Source of the DNA: Aquifex aeolicus VF5
Lineage (GTDB): Bacteria > Aquificota > Aquificia > Aquificales > Aquificaceae
Length of the DNA: 32,000 nt
Direction: 5' to 3'
Assembly: GCF_000008625.1 (NCBI RefSeq)
Contig: NC_000918.1
Location: 900,001 to 932,000, forward strand
Within the stretch, counting starts at the first letter, position 1. Every line of letters starts with the position of its first letter. The notes under the pieces were generated by a model. It did no database searches and was not told where the DNA came from. It worked only from the letters and a program-made list of their open reading frames with translations. Both the position numbers and the translations under genes were made by a program. This document shows, in pieces, positions 10,647 to 23,126 of this stretch.

Positions 10647-12510
10647 CCCACCAGTCTTCTTCTTCAACTTCTACTTTCTTTTCTTCCTTTTTCTTTAATG
10701 CCTTCATGAGCTCACGGGCGAGTTTTTCGTGCTCCTGGGTGAGCTTTGCGAGTTCCTGAGGAGACGTTATCACGTAAGGGGTGAGAAATATAAAAAGGCT
10801 CGTTTTGTCCTTCTCGTCCCTGTCGTACCTGAAGAGTCTTCCCATAACGGGTATGTCTCCGAGGCCGGGTATTTTTTCAGTACTCTTTAAGCTCTTCCTG
10901 CTTATCAGTCCCCCTATCACCACAGTTCTTCCATTTTCCACGACCACGTCTGAGTTCAGTTCCCTGTTTGAGGTTATGGGCACCGTGTAGTTAACTCCTG
11001 AGACTTCGTTCGTTAAGTATCCCGTGATTTCCTGAAGTTTTAGTTCTATCACCAACCTCACGGTTTCTCCCGTGATTCTGGGAGTGATTTTCAGTTCAAG
11101 CCCCACGTCCTTGTAGTCGTAGGTGATTATAGGGTTTCCGTTAACGTCGTACTTTATTCCCGTTGGAAAAGGAACAACCTGACCTACTTTTATTAGGGCC
11201 TCCTGATTATCGAGGGTAAGGATTTTGGGGTTTGATACCACGTTAAAGCCCGTTCCCTGTTCAAGGAGAGAGAATAAAAACACGAGGTCCGGGAAGAAGA
11301 AGTCTATTCCTCCTATACTCACCGTGGTGCCGCTTTTGCTAAATCCCCCTATTACAAAGTTTCCCGATTTTATAGCGTTGTATACGTCCTGAAGTGAAGA
11401 GCCTTTAAAGGCTGCACCTCCGTGGGTTCCCAGTATCTGCCACCTTATTCCCGCCTCAAGAATGCTCTTTGCGGATGCCTCAATAATGGTCGCCGTGAGG
11501 AGGAGTTGTTTTCTCCTTTTATCTATCTTCTTTATAAATTCCCTTACAGCCTCGTACTCGCTCTTCGTGGCGTAAAGGATTAAGGAGTTCGTCCTCTTGT
11601 CAAAACCTATCTTCATACCGCTTTTTAGGGTTATTGAGGTTAGAGCTTGAACACCCTTTCCCTTTTTAGCTTTTTTAGTTCCCACGCTTACGCTTTTTAT
11701 TCCCTTAAATACGGAGTTTAAGCTCTCGTAAATCTCTTCGGCGGATACGAAGTTCAGGGGAATTATGTAAAAACTCCTTTCCGCTTCGAGGGAAGAAGGG
11801 TCATCCAGATCGGATATCACCTTTTCTATAATTCTGTGGATTTCCTTGTTTGCGTATACCGCAACAGCGTTCATCTCGTCCACACCCGCTATTACAACGG
11901 GCTCACCGTACCTTTTAGTGGAGAGCGTTGAAAAGGGATTCAGGAGTTTTACGACGTAGGAGGGTTTTACATACTTGAGTTTGTAGACTCTTACTTCACC
12001 ACCGCCAGAGTCTAAGTAAAAGAGTATCTTCTTCACTTTGTTTACGGAATCCGCGTAATCAGTGATTATTACAGAGTTAGATTGAGCGTGAAAGGCTATC
12101 CGACCGTAAGGCGAAAGGAAGGGTCTTAGAGCCGAAACCACCTGAGAGGCGTTTGTGTTTTTGAGTTTATAAACCAAAGTGACAAACTCCCCTCCCTTTC
12201 CCGCCTTTATCTCGGTAAAAGGATATCCCTGCGATGCCGGTACGATCTTCATGGTGTCCTTTTCAAGGATCAGGGAAAACCCCTGAGAGGCGAGAGCCTG
12301 AGAAAAGAGTTCAAGGGCTTCGGACTCGCTTATTTCTCCGTTTGATATTATCGTTATCTTTCCCTTAACCCTTGGGTCTATTACGAGGTTCTTTCCAAGA
12401 AGCTTTGCCACCTGAACAGCTACGGTTTTAATGTCAACTTCGTCAAACTTGAGAACAACTCCCGAAAAGCCAAGGGAAAGGATGAGAAAAAGGAGTATTA
12501 TAATCCTCAT
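10633..12510 (-). CDS. gspD: Type II secretion secretin GspD
   Basis: N0 domain (VVLKFDEVDIKTVAVQVAKLLGKNLVIDPRVKGKITI), N1-N3 repeats, and secretin core (VVSNPKILTLDNQEALIKVGQVVPF; VVENGRTVVIGGLI; IPGLGDIPVMGRLF). Confidence 0.96.
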   Translation of the reverse strand: MRIIILLFLILSLGFSGVVLKFDEVDIKTVAVQVAKLLGKNLVIDPRVKGKITIISNGEISESEALELFSQALASQGFSLILEKDTMKIVPASQGYPFTEIKAGKGGEFVTLVYKLKNTNASQVVSALRPFLSPYGRIAFHAQSNSVIITDYADSVNKVKKILFYLDSGGGEVRVYKLKYVKPSYVVKLLNPFSTLSTKRYGEPVVIAGVDEMNAVAVYANKEIHRIIEKVISDLDDPSSLEAERSFYIIPLNFVSAEEIYESLNSVFKGIKSVSVGTKKAKKGKGVQALTSITLKSGMKIGFDKRTNSLILYATKSEYEAVREFIKKIDKRRKQLLLTATIIEASAKSILEAGIRWQILGTHGGAAFKGSSLQDVYNAIKSGNFVIGGFSKSGTTVSIGGIDFFFPDLVFLFSLLEQGTGFNVVSNPKILTLDNQEALIKVGQVVPFPTGIKYDVNGNPIITYDYKDVGLELKITPRITGETVRLVIELKLQEITGYLTNEVSGVNYTVPITSNRELNSDVVVENGRTVVIGGLISRKSLKSTEKIPGLGDIPVMGRLFRYDRDEKDKTSLFIFLTPYVITSPQELAKLTQEHEKLARELMKALKKKEEKKVEVEEEDWWDEDI

Positions 12511-12938
12511 ACCACGTCTCCTTCCCGTGGGAGAAAGAGGAGCACTCCTAAGGTGCTGATGGCGTATCCGAGAAGGACACTCTGTATATGTCCTGCAAAC
12601 ACGAAGAAGGCGTAACCTATGAAGTAGGGAGTCGTTAAAAGGAAATAACTCCAGAAGTACCGCCTCATGGCTATGTAGCCCCAGTACTCCCCTTGGGCTT
12701 TTACGGGAAGAAAGAACTTTCTTATCAAAAAGGCGATAAGGTAGGAAATAGCTCCGCTAATTATCTCCGCCGTGTAAACGTAGTAAACGAGCTTCTCTAC
12801 AACGGGCATCTTGAAGTAAGGGTAGAGGATAAAGGCACCGATAAGAAGAAGAGTGTATCCGCCTATAAAGGCGTAGGCAAACTCCCTAGCTCTTTTTATG
12901 AATAGCCGCTTCTTGTCCGGAGTATCTCCTTGAGCCAT
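12507..12938 (-). CDS. Small polytopic membrane protein of unknown function
   Basis: 143 aa with about 4 hydrophobic segments. It overlaps gspD by 4 nt and the purA 3' end by 43 nt. Confidence 0.7.
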   Translation of the reverse strand: MAQGDTPDKKRLFIKRAREFAYAFIGGYTLLLIGAFILYPYFKMPVVEKLVYYVYTAEIISGAISYLIAFLIRKFFLPVKAQGEYWGYIAMRRYFWSYFLLTTPYFIGYAFFVFAGHIQSVLLGYAISTLGVLLFLPREGDVV

Positions 12939-14194
12939 ATGTACTCGTCCCTCTTCGGTCCTGTGGATAGCATTACTACGGGGACACCCGTGTACTCTTC
13001 AATAAATTTTACGTAATCGAGAGCTTCCTTTGGCAATTCACTGACGTCTTTAGCACCTTTTGTGCTTTTCTTCCATCCCTTTAAGGTTTTGTATACGGGT
13101 TTAACCCTTATAAGTTCCGAGTAGGAGGCTGGGAAGTAATCTATCACCTCACCGTCCAGCTCGTAAGCCACGCAAACCTTTACCTCGTCAAAGGTATCTA
13201 AAACGTCAAGCTTCGTTATCACAAACCCGTCGAGCCCGTTTACCTGAACTGCGTATTTTAGGGCTACGAGGTCTAACCAACCGCACCTTCTCGGTCTTCC
13301 CGTAGTGGATCCGTACTCCCCGCCAAGTTCTCTGAGTTTTTCTCCCTCTTCGCCTTTGAGTTCCGTGGGGAAAGGTCCTTCTCCTACCCTCGTGGTGTAG
13401 GCTTTTGCCACGCCGAGGAAGAAAGCGTCGGAGAAGTACTTGGGAGGCATACCAGTTCCGTTGGAAAGCCCGAGAGCTGAGGCGTTTGAAGAAGTCACGT
13501 AAGGGTAAGTTCCCATGTCAACGTCAAGGAGCGTTCCTTGAGCACCTTCAAATAGGACTGAACCTTTCTGGGTGTTGAAAAACCTCAAAAGGTCAACGAC
13601 GTTTTCTTTAAACTCCTCAAAGTACCTGAGCTGTTCCTCGTAAATCTGGTTTATGTCAAGGTCAAACTTTTCGCAGAATACCTTTTCACAAATGTTTTTA
13701 ACGAAATCTAGATTGTCTTCCAGCAAGGTGTAAAAGCGTTTTTCGTCTTTCAGATCGCTTATCCTTATCCCCTTCCTTCCGTATTTGAACATGTAGGCGG
13801 GGCCTATACCCCTTAAAGTCGTGCCTATACCCTTTTTCTTTTCAAAAAGGGAATCTAGGAGCTTGTGGTAGGGCATAACGAGGTGAGCTCTGTCGCTTAT
13901 AAACAGCCTTTCCTTTACGTATATCCCCTTTTCTTCGAGATTCTTTACCTCTTTGTGGAGAACTTCAAGATCCACAACCATTCCCTGTGCTATTACGCCC
14001 TTTACGTGTTCGTGGAGTATGCCCGTGGGAAGGAGGTGGAGGATAAACTTCTGGGAGTTTACGACTACAGTATGTCCCGCGTTGCTACCGCCCTGATACC
14101 TTACGGTTATGTCAAAGTGTTCAGAAAGGAGGTCTACTATCTTACCCTTTCCTTCGTCACCCCACTGGGCACCCAAAATAATGAGCTTTTCCAT
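12896..14194 (-). CDS. purA: Adenylosuccinate synthetase
   Basis: GAQWGDEGKGKIVDLLSEHFDITVRYQGGSNAGHTVV, GTTLRGIGPAYMFKYGR, VLFEGAQGTLLDVDMGTYPYVTSSNA, STTGRPRRCGWLDL-type motif. Confidence 0.98.
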   Translation of the reverse strand: MEKLIILGAQWGDEGKGKIVDLLSEHFDITVRYQGGSNAGHTVVVNSQKFILHLLPTGILHEHVKGVIAQGMVVDLEVLHKEVKNLEEKGIYVKERLFISDRAHLVMPYHKLLDSLFEKKKGIGTTLRGIGPAYMFKYGRKGIRISDLKDEKRFYTLLEDNLDFVKNICEKVFCEKFDLDINQIYEEQLRYFEEFKENVVDLLRFFNTQKGSVLFEGAQGTLLDVDMGTYPYVTSSNASALGLSNGTGMPPKYFSDAFFLGVAKAYTTRVGEGPFPTELKGEEGEKLRELGGEYGSTTGRPRRCGWLDLVALKYAVQVNGLDGFVITKLDVLDTFDEVKVCVAYELDGEVIDYFPASYSELIRVKPVYKTLKGWKKSTKGAKDVSELPKEALDYVKFIEEYTGVPVVMLSTGPKRDEYIWLKEILRTRSGYS

Positions 14195-14222
14195 TCACAA
14201 ACCCCGAACAAAAAATTATATC

Positions 14223-14759
14223 TTACCGCTCAAGAAGTGAGAGAATGTCCTCTAGTATCACGTCCCTGTTTTCTGGAGTGAGTTCGATCAGAACGGCTCC
14301 CGGCAAACGCCTGATTTCTTTAACTAGAGGGTGCACGTCCCTTATGGGAATAGTCGCCACCACGTTTACGTTCGGATCGTGCATTATCTGTCTTACAAGA
14401 TCCCTGAACTTTTTGGAAAAGAGTTCCATTTTACCGATCTCGTCTATGATTATCACCTTTCTCCTGTCTTTTTTTGCCTCCCTATAAGCCCTTTCAAGGA
14501 TGGGTATGGCAAGTTCTTCAAAGTACTGGACGTTAACACCGTAAGAACCAACCAGCTTTTTAGAGGTAAAAAACTTTGAAGAAAATATCTTCTTCTTTCC
14601 CTCAGTTGTTATTATCCTGAACCCAGTTCTCTTCTTTGTTTCAGGATCTCTCACTTCTTCCGTCCAGAAACCGATGGCTCTTTTTCCAAGTCTTTCAACG
14701 ATTTTTTTTACAAGGGTTGTTTTTCCTACACCGGGTTCACCGGTTATGATGATTTTCAT
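14223..14759 (-). CDS. THEP1-type nucleoside-triphosphatase
   Basis: MKIIITGEPGVGKTTLVKKIVERLG (Walker A), GFWTEEVR, KVIIIDEIGKMELFSKKF (Walker B), matching the THEP1/NTPase_1 family. Confidence 0.92.
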   Translation of the reverse strand: MKIIITGEPGVGKTTLVKKIVERLGKRAIGFWTEEVRDPETKKRTGFRIITTEGKKKIFSSKFFTSKKLVGSYGVNVQYFEELAIPILERAYREAKKDRRKVIIIDEIGKMELFSKKFRDLVRQIMHDPNVNVVATIPIRDVHPLVKEIRRLPGAVLIELTPENRDVILEDILSLLER

Positions 14760-14766
14760 TATCAAA

Positions 14767-14772
14767 ATTTTA
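14767..14772 (-). promoter_or_regulatory. Candidate -10 element for the THEP1/purA/T2SS gene string
   Basis: TAAAAT on the minus strand, 7 nt upstream of ATG 14759. Confidence 0.45.
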
Positions 14773-14811
14773 CAATGAGCTGAGTACCTGTTTCTCTAAT
14801 ATATCAATAAC

Positions 14812-14817
14812 TATAAT
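14812..14817 (+). promoter_or_regulatory. Candidate -10 element for alaS
   Basis: Perfect TATAAT ending 10 nt before ATG 14828, no SD. Confidence 0.5.
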
Positions 14818-14821
14818 TTAA

Positions 14822-17431
<2,610 letters not shown>

Positions 17432-17438
17432 AGGTGTG

Positions 17439-17906
17439 ATGAAGGAAGAGACACGAACGGGTATCGGACTCAAAGACGTGAGTATAAGGCTCGTGAGCGA
17501 GTCTCCCCTCCTTCCCGTGGGGGGCTTCGTTTACTGTGAGTACGGAATCCCCGTAAGGTATCTGAAGATAGACGAAAACGAAGTAAAACTCGAGATTTCC
17601 GTGGAAAAGCTGAAAAATTTATCGAGGGTGTGTGAAAACATAGAGCAAGTTGTTGACAAAGTTGTAGAAGAGTTGAGGTACGCCCTGCCCGAGGGTGTTT
17701 TCACTATAGCGAAGGTTTACGCAAACGGTATTAAACTCAGAGAACTCTCTTACCTTGAAGAGTACACTTCCGTGGGTAAAGGAATAATAATAGACGAGGA
17801 CAGGGAACTGGATCAGGAAATGCCCGCTTACGTTAAGGAAAACAGGGAAACGATCCTCGGCACTATCAGGGAAGTCATCCTGCTTGAGCTCATGTACTCT
17901 TCTTAA
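17439..17906 (+). CDS. Conserved-looking protein of unknown function (about 155 aa)
   Basis: Open frame packed tightly between alaS and clpC with GTG-ATG tandem starts at 17436/17439. No family recognised. Confidence 0.65.
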   Translation: MKEETRTGIGLKDVSIRLVSESPLLPVGGFVYCEYGIPVRYLKIDENEVKLEISVEKLKNLSRVCENIEQVVDKVVEELRYALPEGVFTIAKVYANGIKLRELSYLEEYTSVGKGIIIDEDRELDQEMPAYVKENRETILGTIREVILLELMYSS

Positions 17907-18002
17907 AAAGACATTATAAAGATATATAACACTGTTTTTGTCATAGCCTTGAAAAAGCTTAGGTTTTTTTTATTTTATAAAAAACTGAGAGAGGTAAGAG
18001 AC

Positions 18003-20435
18003 ATGTTTGAGAAGTTCACAGAAAGGGCAAGACAAGTTATCTTGAGGGCGAGGGAAGAAGCCCTCGAGCTGGGACACAGCTACTTGGGAAGTGAACATAT
18101 TTTGCTTGCTCTGATAAAGGATGAGGACATACCCGTCCTCGTCCTCAGCAAGCTGGGTGTCTCTCCTGAGAAGATAAGAAAGGCCATAATGGGCCAAATA
18201 ACTAAGGGAAGCCACTCGGGAGAGGTACTCTTCGCACCCGACGCAAAAAGGGTAATAGAGTTTGCAGTTGAAGAAGCGAGAATTCTTCACCACCAGTTCG
18301 TAGGTCCCGAACACCTACTTATCGGAGTGGTTAGAGAAAAGACGGGACTCGGTGGAAGAATTTTAAGGAGCTTTGGACTGGACGAGTACTCCGTAAGGAG
18401 AGAGGTACTTCAACTACTCGGAGAACTTCCCCCTCAAGAAAGCCAGAGGTACGTATCCACTCCTAACCTTGACAGGTTCTCAAGGGACCTCACCCAAATG
18501 GCAAGGGAAGGAAAGCTCGACCCAGTAATAGGCAGGGAAAAGGAAATAGAGAGAGTTATCCAGATACTCGTAAGAAGAAGGAAGAACAACCCTGTCTTGC
18601 TCGGAGACCCCGGAGTTGGTAAGACGGCGATAGTAGAAGGGCTGGCTCAAAGGATAGCAAATAAGGAAGTTCCCGAACCGCTACTCAATAAGAGGGTAGT
18701 GGCTTTAGACCTTGCGGCACTAGTTGCGGGAACCAAGTACAGAGGACAGTTCGAAGAAAGGCTTAAGAACATCTTAAAAGAACTTGAGAAGGCTAACAAC
18801 GTAATACTCTTCATAGACGAACTTCACACACTCGTTGGAGCGGGTTCTGCGGAAGGCTCGATAGACGCATCCAATATGCTAAAACCCGCCCTCGCGAGAG
18901 GTGAAATTCAGGTAATAGGAGCTACCACCGTAGACGAGTACAGGAAGTACATAGAAAAGGACGGAGCACTGGAGAGAAGGTTCCAGCCCGTTTACGTAGA
19001 ACAGCCATCACCCGAGGATACGATCCAGATACTTTACGGACTCAAACCCAAGTTTGAAGAGTTCCACAAGGTAGAGTACACACCCGAGGCAATAGAAAAG
19101 GCTGTGGAACTCTCCGTCAAGTACATAACCGACAGAAACCTGCCAGATAAGGCTATAGACGTTATGGACGAGGCGGGAGCACTCGTAAAGCTGAAGGCAA
19201 CTCAACTCCCTCCTGAACTCAAGGAGATAGAGGAAAAGATTAAGGAACTCGAGAAGGAAAAGGAAAAGGCTGTAAAGGAACAGGACTACGAGAAGGCTGC
19301 AAAGATAAGGGACGAAGAGTTGAGACTCAGGGCTAAGTTCGAAACGATGAAGGCTAAGTGGAAGGAAGAAATGGAAAAGAACAGACCCAAAGTTACGGAC
19401 GAGGACGTTGCAGAAGTAGTCGCAAGGTGGACGGGCGTTCCCGTGAAGAGGGTACACGAAAGTGATGCGGAGAAACTCCTCCACATAGAAGAAGAATTGA
19501 AGAAGAGGGTTGTAGGTCAGGACGAGGCTATAAAGGCAGTAGCGAAGGCGATAAGACGTTCAAGAGTCGGACTGAAAGGAAAACACAGACCCATAGGCGT
19601 ATTCATGTTCCTAGGACCTACTGGTGTGGGTAAGACCGAAACCGCGAAGGCACTTGCGGAATACCTATTCGGAACGGAAGACGCACTCATCAGGTTTGAT
19701 ATGTCCGAGTACATGGAAAAGCACACCGTTTCAAGACTAATCGGTGCACCTCCCGGATACGTTGGATACGAAGAAGGTGGACAGCTCACAGAGGCGGTAA
19801 GGAGAAGACCTTACAGCGTTCTCCTATTTGACGAAATAGAGAAGGCCCACCCAGACGTATTCAACATCTTCCTCCAGATATTCGACGACGGAAGACTAAC
19901 GGACGGACTCGGAAGGACCGTTGACTTCTCCAACACCATAATAATCATGACCTCAAACCTCGGAGCTAGACTCATCACAGGCGGAACGATGGGATTCGAA
20001 AAGAAACAGGGACTCCTTAACTTCGAAGAGATGAGGAAAAACGTCCTTGATCAGGTAAAGAGAACCTTCAGCCCTGAATTCCTAAACAGACTGGACGAAA
20101 TTATAGTGTTCAGGCCTCTCGAGAAGAAAGACATAGAACAGATACTCGAACTACAACTAAAAGAGATAAACGAAAAACTAAAAGACTGGAACGTGAGAGT
20201 AAAACTCCACAAGTCCTTCGTAAACTGGATCATAGAAAAAGAGTACAAGCCCGAATTCGGAGCAAGGAGCTTGAAGAGGGCTCTCCAAAGACACGTTGAA
20301 GATCTGCTCGCTGAAGAACTCATAAAGGGAACGCTCAAAGGCGTAGAAGAAGTAGAAATAAGGGTAAGGAACGACAAGCCCTACCTCAAACCCGTAAAGA
20401 AGAAGGAAAAAGTAGAAGCCCTTCTCGAAAAGTAA
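18003..20435 (+). CDS. clpC: AAA+ ATPase ClpC (Hsp100)
   Basis: [37 protein letters not shown] (Clp N domain), two Walker A sites ([10 protein letters not shown]; [14 protein letters not shown]), a UVR-like motif ([24 protein letters not shown]), and C-terminal D2. An SD-like GAGAGGT precedes the ATG at 18003; the TTG at 17949 is a less likely start. Confidence 0.95.
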   Translation: MFEKFTERARQVILRAREEALELGHSYLGSEHILLALIKDEDIPVLVLSKLGVSPEKIRKAIMGQITKGSHSGEVLFAPDAKRVIEFAVEEARILHHQFVGPEHLLIGVVREKTGLGGRILRSFGLDEYSVRREVLQLLGELPPQESQRYVSTPNLDRFSRDLTQMAREGKLDPVIGREKEIERVIQILVRRRKNNPVLLGDPGVGKTAIVEGLAQRIANKEVPEPLLNKRVVALDLAALVAGTKYRGQFEERLKNILKELEKANNVILFIDELHTLVGAGSAEGSIDASNMLKPALARGEIQVIGATTVDEYRKYIEKDGALERRFQPVYVEQPSPEDTIQILYGLKPKFEEFHKVEYTPEAIEKAVELSVKYITDRNLPDKAIDVMDEAGALVKLKATQLPPELKEIEEKIKELEKEKEKAVKEQDYEKAAKIRDEELRLRAKFETMKAKWKEEMEKNRPKVTDEDVAEVVARWTGVPVKRVHESDAEKLLHIEEELKKRVVGQDEAIKAVAKAIRRSRVGLKGKHRPIGVFMFLGPTGVGKTETAKALAEYLFGTEDALIRFDMSEYMEKHTVSRLIGAPPGYVGYEEGGQLTEAVRRRPYSVLLFDEIEKAHPDVFNIFLQIFDDGRLTDGLGRTVDFSNTIIIMTSNLGARLITGGTMGFEKKQGLLNFEEMRKNVLDQVKRTFSPEFLNRLDEIIVFRPLEKKDIEQILELQLKEINEKLKDWNVRVKLHKSFVNWIIEKEYKPEFGARSLKRALQRHVEDLLAEELIKGTLKGVEEVEIRVRNDKPYLKPVKKKEKVEALLEK

Positions 20436-20457
20436 GCCCCTTTTTCCTTCTTTCCTT

Positions 20458-20463
20458 TATAAT
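20458..20463 (+). promoter_or_regulatory. Candidate -10 element for bamA
   Basis: Perfect TATAAT ending 9 nt before GTG 20473, no SD in ACTTTCCTT. Confidence 0.45.
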
Positions 20464-20472
20464 ACTTTCCTT

Positions 20473-22809
20473 GTGAAAAAGGAATTTTTAACCCTAGCCC
20501 TTTTTTTAGGTGTAGCTAACGCCGCAGAAATAGAAAAGATAATAATTAAAGGGAATAAGTACATTCCCGATGAATTAATAAGGGGACTTTTAAGCGTAAG
20601 AAAGGGTTCAGAGTTTTCCCTTGAAAGGATAAGAAAAGACATAAGGAAACTTTACAGAACTGGACTCTTTACAAAGGTAGAAGCTTACGAAGAAGATCAA
20701 AATAAAAACGGAAAACCTGAAGTAATACTGGTGGTTGAAGACCTTCCCGTAATTTACAAAATAGAGTTTGAGGGGAATGAGGAGTTCTCTGACGACGACC
20801 TGAAGGAGTACCTCGGTATAGAGACGGAGCTCGGGGAAGTAGAAGTGGAAGAAACCATAGAAGGATACACTTCCAGCCCTGCAATAGAAGAAAGACTTGC
20901 CGTAATGAAACAATTAAAACTCGGTCGTATACTTACCTTTCAGGAAATAGAGAGTTTAAGAAGGAGAATTGAAGAGGTATACAAGAGGCACGGCTTTGTA
21001 GGGACGAAAGTTGAGTACAAGCTCATCCCGAAAAAAGGAGCTTCAAAACTCGTTTTTGTCATACATGAAGGTAAAAAGATTTACACCTCCGATATAGAGA
21101 TAGAAGGAAATAAACACTTCAGCGACCGGAAGTTAAAAGGTCTAATGGAATTAAAAGAGCCAAACATTTTCCTCTTTAGACTGCACCCGGCTTTTAGTGA
21201 AGAAACGCTAAAAGAAGATGTAAAAAAGATAGAGGAGTTTTATAAAAATGAGGGTTTTTTAGAAGTTGAAGTATCTTACGAAGTTAAAGAAGAAGGACCA
21301 GCACGTAAGGTAATCGTAAAAGTAAAGGAAGGTCCGAGGTACAAACTGAAAGAGATAAAGATAGAGGGAAACACTCTCTTCGCTTACAGCGAACTAGTTG
21401 ATAACATCCTGAAAAAGAACGAGAGAAAAGGCAGGTATTTCAGAAGGGAGGTTATTGAGAAGATTAAAAACAGGATAAGGGAGAAGTATGCGGAAATAGG
21501 ATTTTTAAACACAAGCGTGGAAGAAAGGGTAAATGTAAATCCTGAAAAGAAAGAAGTTTCAGTTCTACTAAAGATAATAGAAGGAAAACCAGTGTACGTA
21601 AAGAAGATAAAGATTAAGGGGAATTACGAGACGAGAGATTACGTGATAAGGAGGGAAATGAGAGTTCAGGAAAACGAACTTGCCCTTAAAAAGGGTATAG
21701 AGCGTTCGAAAACACGGATAATGAACTTAGGTTACTACGAAGATGTACAGATAGAGCCCGTTCCGAGAAGGGACGCATGGTGGGATCTTCTCGTTAAGAT
21801 AAGGGAGAGGTTCACAGGTCAGTTCTCTGTGGGACTTTCTTACAACGAAGTTACGGGACTCGCAGGGTTTATTGAACTCAGGAAGGGTAATTTCAGGGGT
21901 ACGGGGGACATAGCCGGGATAAGCGTAAGCTACGGTTCCCTGTACAGGAACAACGCTATCTCCTACACGAGAAAGTGGTTCCTTAAAAAACCTGTGGATT
22001 TAGACCTTTCGGCTTTCGACAGGAGGATAGAGTACGACACTTACACTGTTGAGAGAACTGGTTTTTCAGTAGCGCTTTCCAAAGAGCTGAGTGAGTACTG
22101 GAGGGCGTCTATAGGAACTTCGATCCAAAGGGTAAAGTACAGCGATATAGACCCTGAGGCGAGCACTTATGTTAAAGAGCAGGCAGGAAGAAGGGACTCG
22201 AGAAAGATATTCTTTACCCTCACAAGGGATACCAGAGATTACTACCTCCTGCCCACAAAAGGTTCACTTTTTGTGTTTAGAAATAGCGTTGGGGTAGGAC
22301 TCCTCGGCGGTGATGAGAAGTTTTACAAGTTCGAAGTTGAGGGAGCAAAGTACTTCAGTGATACTTACTTTGACACGGGAATTATACTCAGTCTGAAGGG
22401 TGAAGTTGGATTTGTAGAAGGATACGGCGGTAAAAAGGTTCCCATAGACGAGCGCTTCTTCGTAGGGGGAGACTTTTCCATCAGGGGTTACGAATACGGA
22501 TACGCGGGACCGGTGGATCCAAACACTTTAGATCCCATAGGTGCTAAAAAGAAGGTGATTACGAGTTTAGAACTCATGTACCCGGTCTTTAAGAAAATGC
22601 TTTACTTCGCGGGATTTTTCGATTACGGACTGGGTGCGGATAAGTGGAGTGACTTTAAGCTTTCAAACTTCAGGGGTGGCTACGGTATAGGCGTGAGGAT
22701 AATAACTCCCTTTGCTCCTATAAGGATAGACTGGGCATTCAAGACAAAAACCGTACCGGGTGATACGAACCGCTCAAGGATACACTTCGTTCTCGGAACC
22801 TTCTTCTGA
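20473..22809 (+). CDS. bamA: Outer membrane assembly protein BamA / Omp85
   Basis: Signal peptide, five POTRA-like repeats (IEKIIIKGNKYIP; IYKIEFEGNEEFS; SDIEIEGNKHFS; LKEIKIEGNTLFA; VKKIKIKGNYETRD), and a C-terminal barrel with FFVGGDFSIRGYEYG and PFAPIRIDWAF. Confidence 0.95.
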   Translation: MKKEFLTLALFLGVANAAEIEKIIIKGNKYIPDELIRGLLSVRKGSEFSLERIRKDIRKLYRTGLFTKVEAYEEDQNKNGKPEVILVVEDLPVIYKIEFEGNEEFSDDDLKEYLGIETELGEVEVEETIEGYTSSPAIEERLAVMKQLKLGRILTFQEIESLRRRIEEVYKRHGFVGTKVEYKLIPKKGASKLVFVIHEGKKIYTSDIEIEGNKHFSDRKLKGLMELKEPNIFLFRLHPAFSEETLKEDVKKIEEFYKNEGFLEVEVSYEVKEEGPARKVIVKVKEGPRYKLKEIKIEGNTLFAYSELVDNILKKNERKGRYFRREVIEKIKNRIREKYAEIGFLNTSVEERVNVNPEKKEVSVLLKIIEGKPVYVKKIKIKGNYETRDYVIRREMRVQENELALKKGIERSKTRIMNLGYYEDVQIEPVPRRDAWWDLLVKIRERFTGQFSVGLSYNEVTGLAGFIELRKGNFRGTGDIAGISVSYGSLYRNNAISYTRKWFLKKPVDLDLSAFDRRIEYDTYTVERTGFSVALSKELSEYWRASIGTSIQRVKYSDIDPEASTYVKEQAGRRDSRKIFFTLTRDTRDYYLLPTKGSLFVFRNSVGVGLLGGDEKFYKFEVEGAKYFSDTYFDTGIILSLKGEVGFVEGYGGKKVPIDERFFVGGDFSIRGYEYGYAGPVDPNTLDPIGAKKKVITSLELMYPVFKKMLYFAGFFDYGLGADKWSDFKLSNFRGGYGIGVRIITPFAPIRIDWAFKTKTVPGDTNRSRIHFVLGTFF

Positions 22810-22834
22810 TAAAAGTAAAAAAGAGAAGGGCGAA

Positions 22835-23047
22835 TTACTCGCCCAAAACTCTTACGTTTTTAGCCCTTGGACCTTTTGTGTCTTCAACTACGTCAAACTC
22901 TACTTTTTGACCTTTTTGAAGGGTCTTGAAACCCTCCATCTGGATATCGGTAAAGTGGACAAAAACGTCTGCGTTTGTGTCCTCACGGGTAATGAACCCG
23001 TAACCCTTGTCCTTGCTAAACCACTTAACTGTGCCTCTGAACGACAT
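22835..23047 (-). CDS. csp: Cold shock domain protein
   Basis: [31 protein letters not shown] has RNP1 (KGYGFI) and RNP2 (VFVHF). AGGAGGT SD at 23057-23063. Confidence 0.96.
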   Translation of the reverse strand: MSFRGTVKWFSKDKGYGFITREDTNADVFVHFTDIQMEGFKTLQKGQKVEFDVVEDTKGPRAKNVRVLGE

Positions 23048-23081
23048 AACTACAAGACCTCCTAAAAGTACTTCTTAAGGG

Positions 23082-23126
23082 CTTCCGACAAAGGTACCTG
23101 CGGGAATGCCCTCCCCTCGTCAGAAG
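23082..23126 (-). promoter_or_regulatory. Structured 5' leader of csp (inverted repeat)
   Basis: On the minus strand CTTCTGAC (23126-23119) can pair with GTCGGAAG (23089-23082), 8 bp with one G-U. It lies between the candidate promoter and the csp SD. Confidence 0.4.

Noticed and set aside
13865-14281. 138-aa ORF opposite purA/THEP1
   Set aside because: Antisense to conserved purA motifs, no SD and no family.
17949-18003. 18-aa N-terminal extension of ClpC (TTG start)
   Set aside because: The canonical Clp N domain begins [12 protein letters not shown] at ATG 18003, which has its own SD-like GAGAGGT. The extension is basic and Phe-rich and probably promoter/leader sequence.
19008-19484. 158-aa minus-strand ORF opposite clpC
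   Set aside because: Antisense to the clpC NBD/middle region. Leu/Phe-rich reverse-complement pattern.
23082-23126. csp leader inverted repeat as a rho-independent terminator of hisA
   Set aside because: No U-run follows the 3' arm on the minus strand (CCCTTAAGAAG follows), so a terminator is unlikely.
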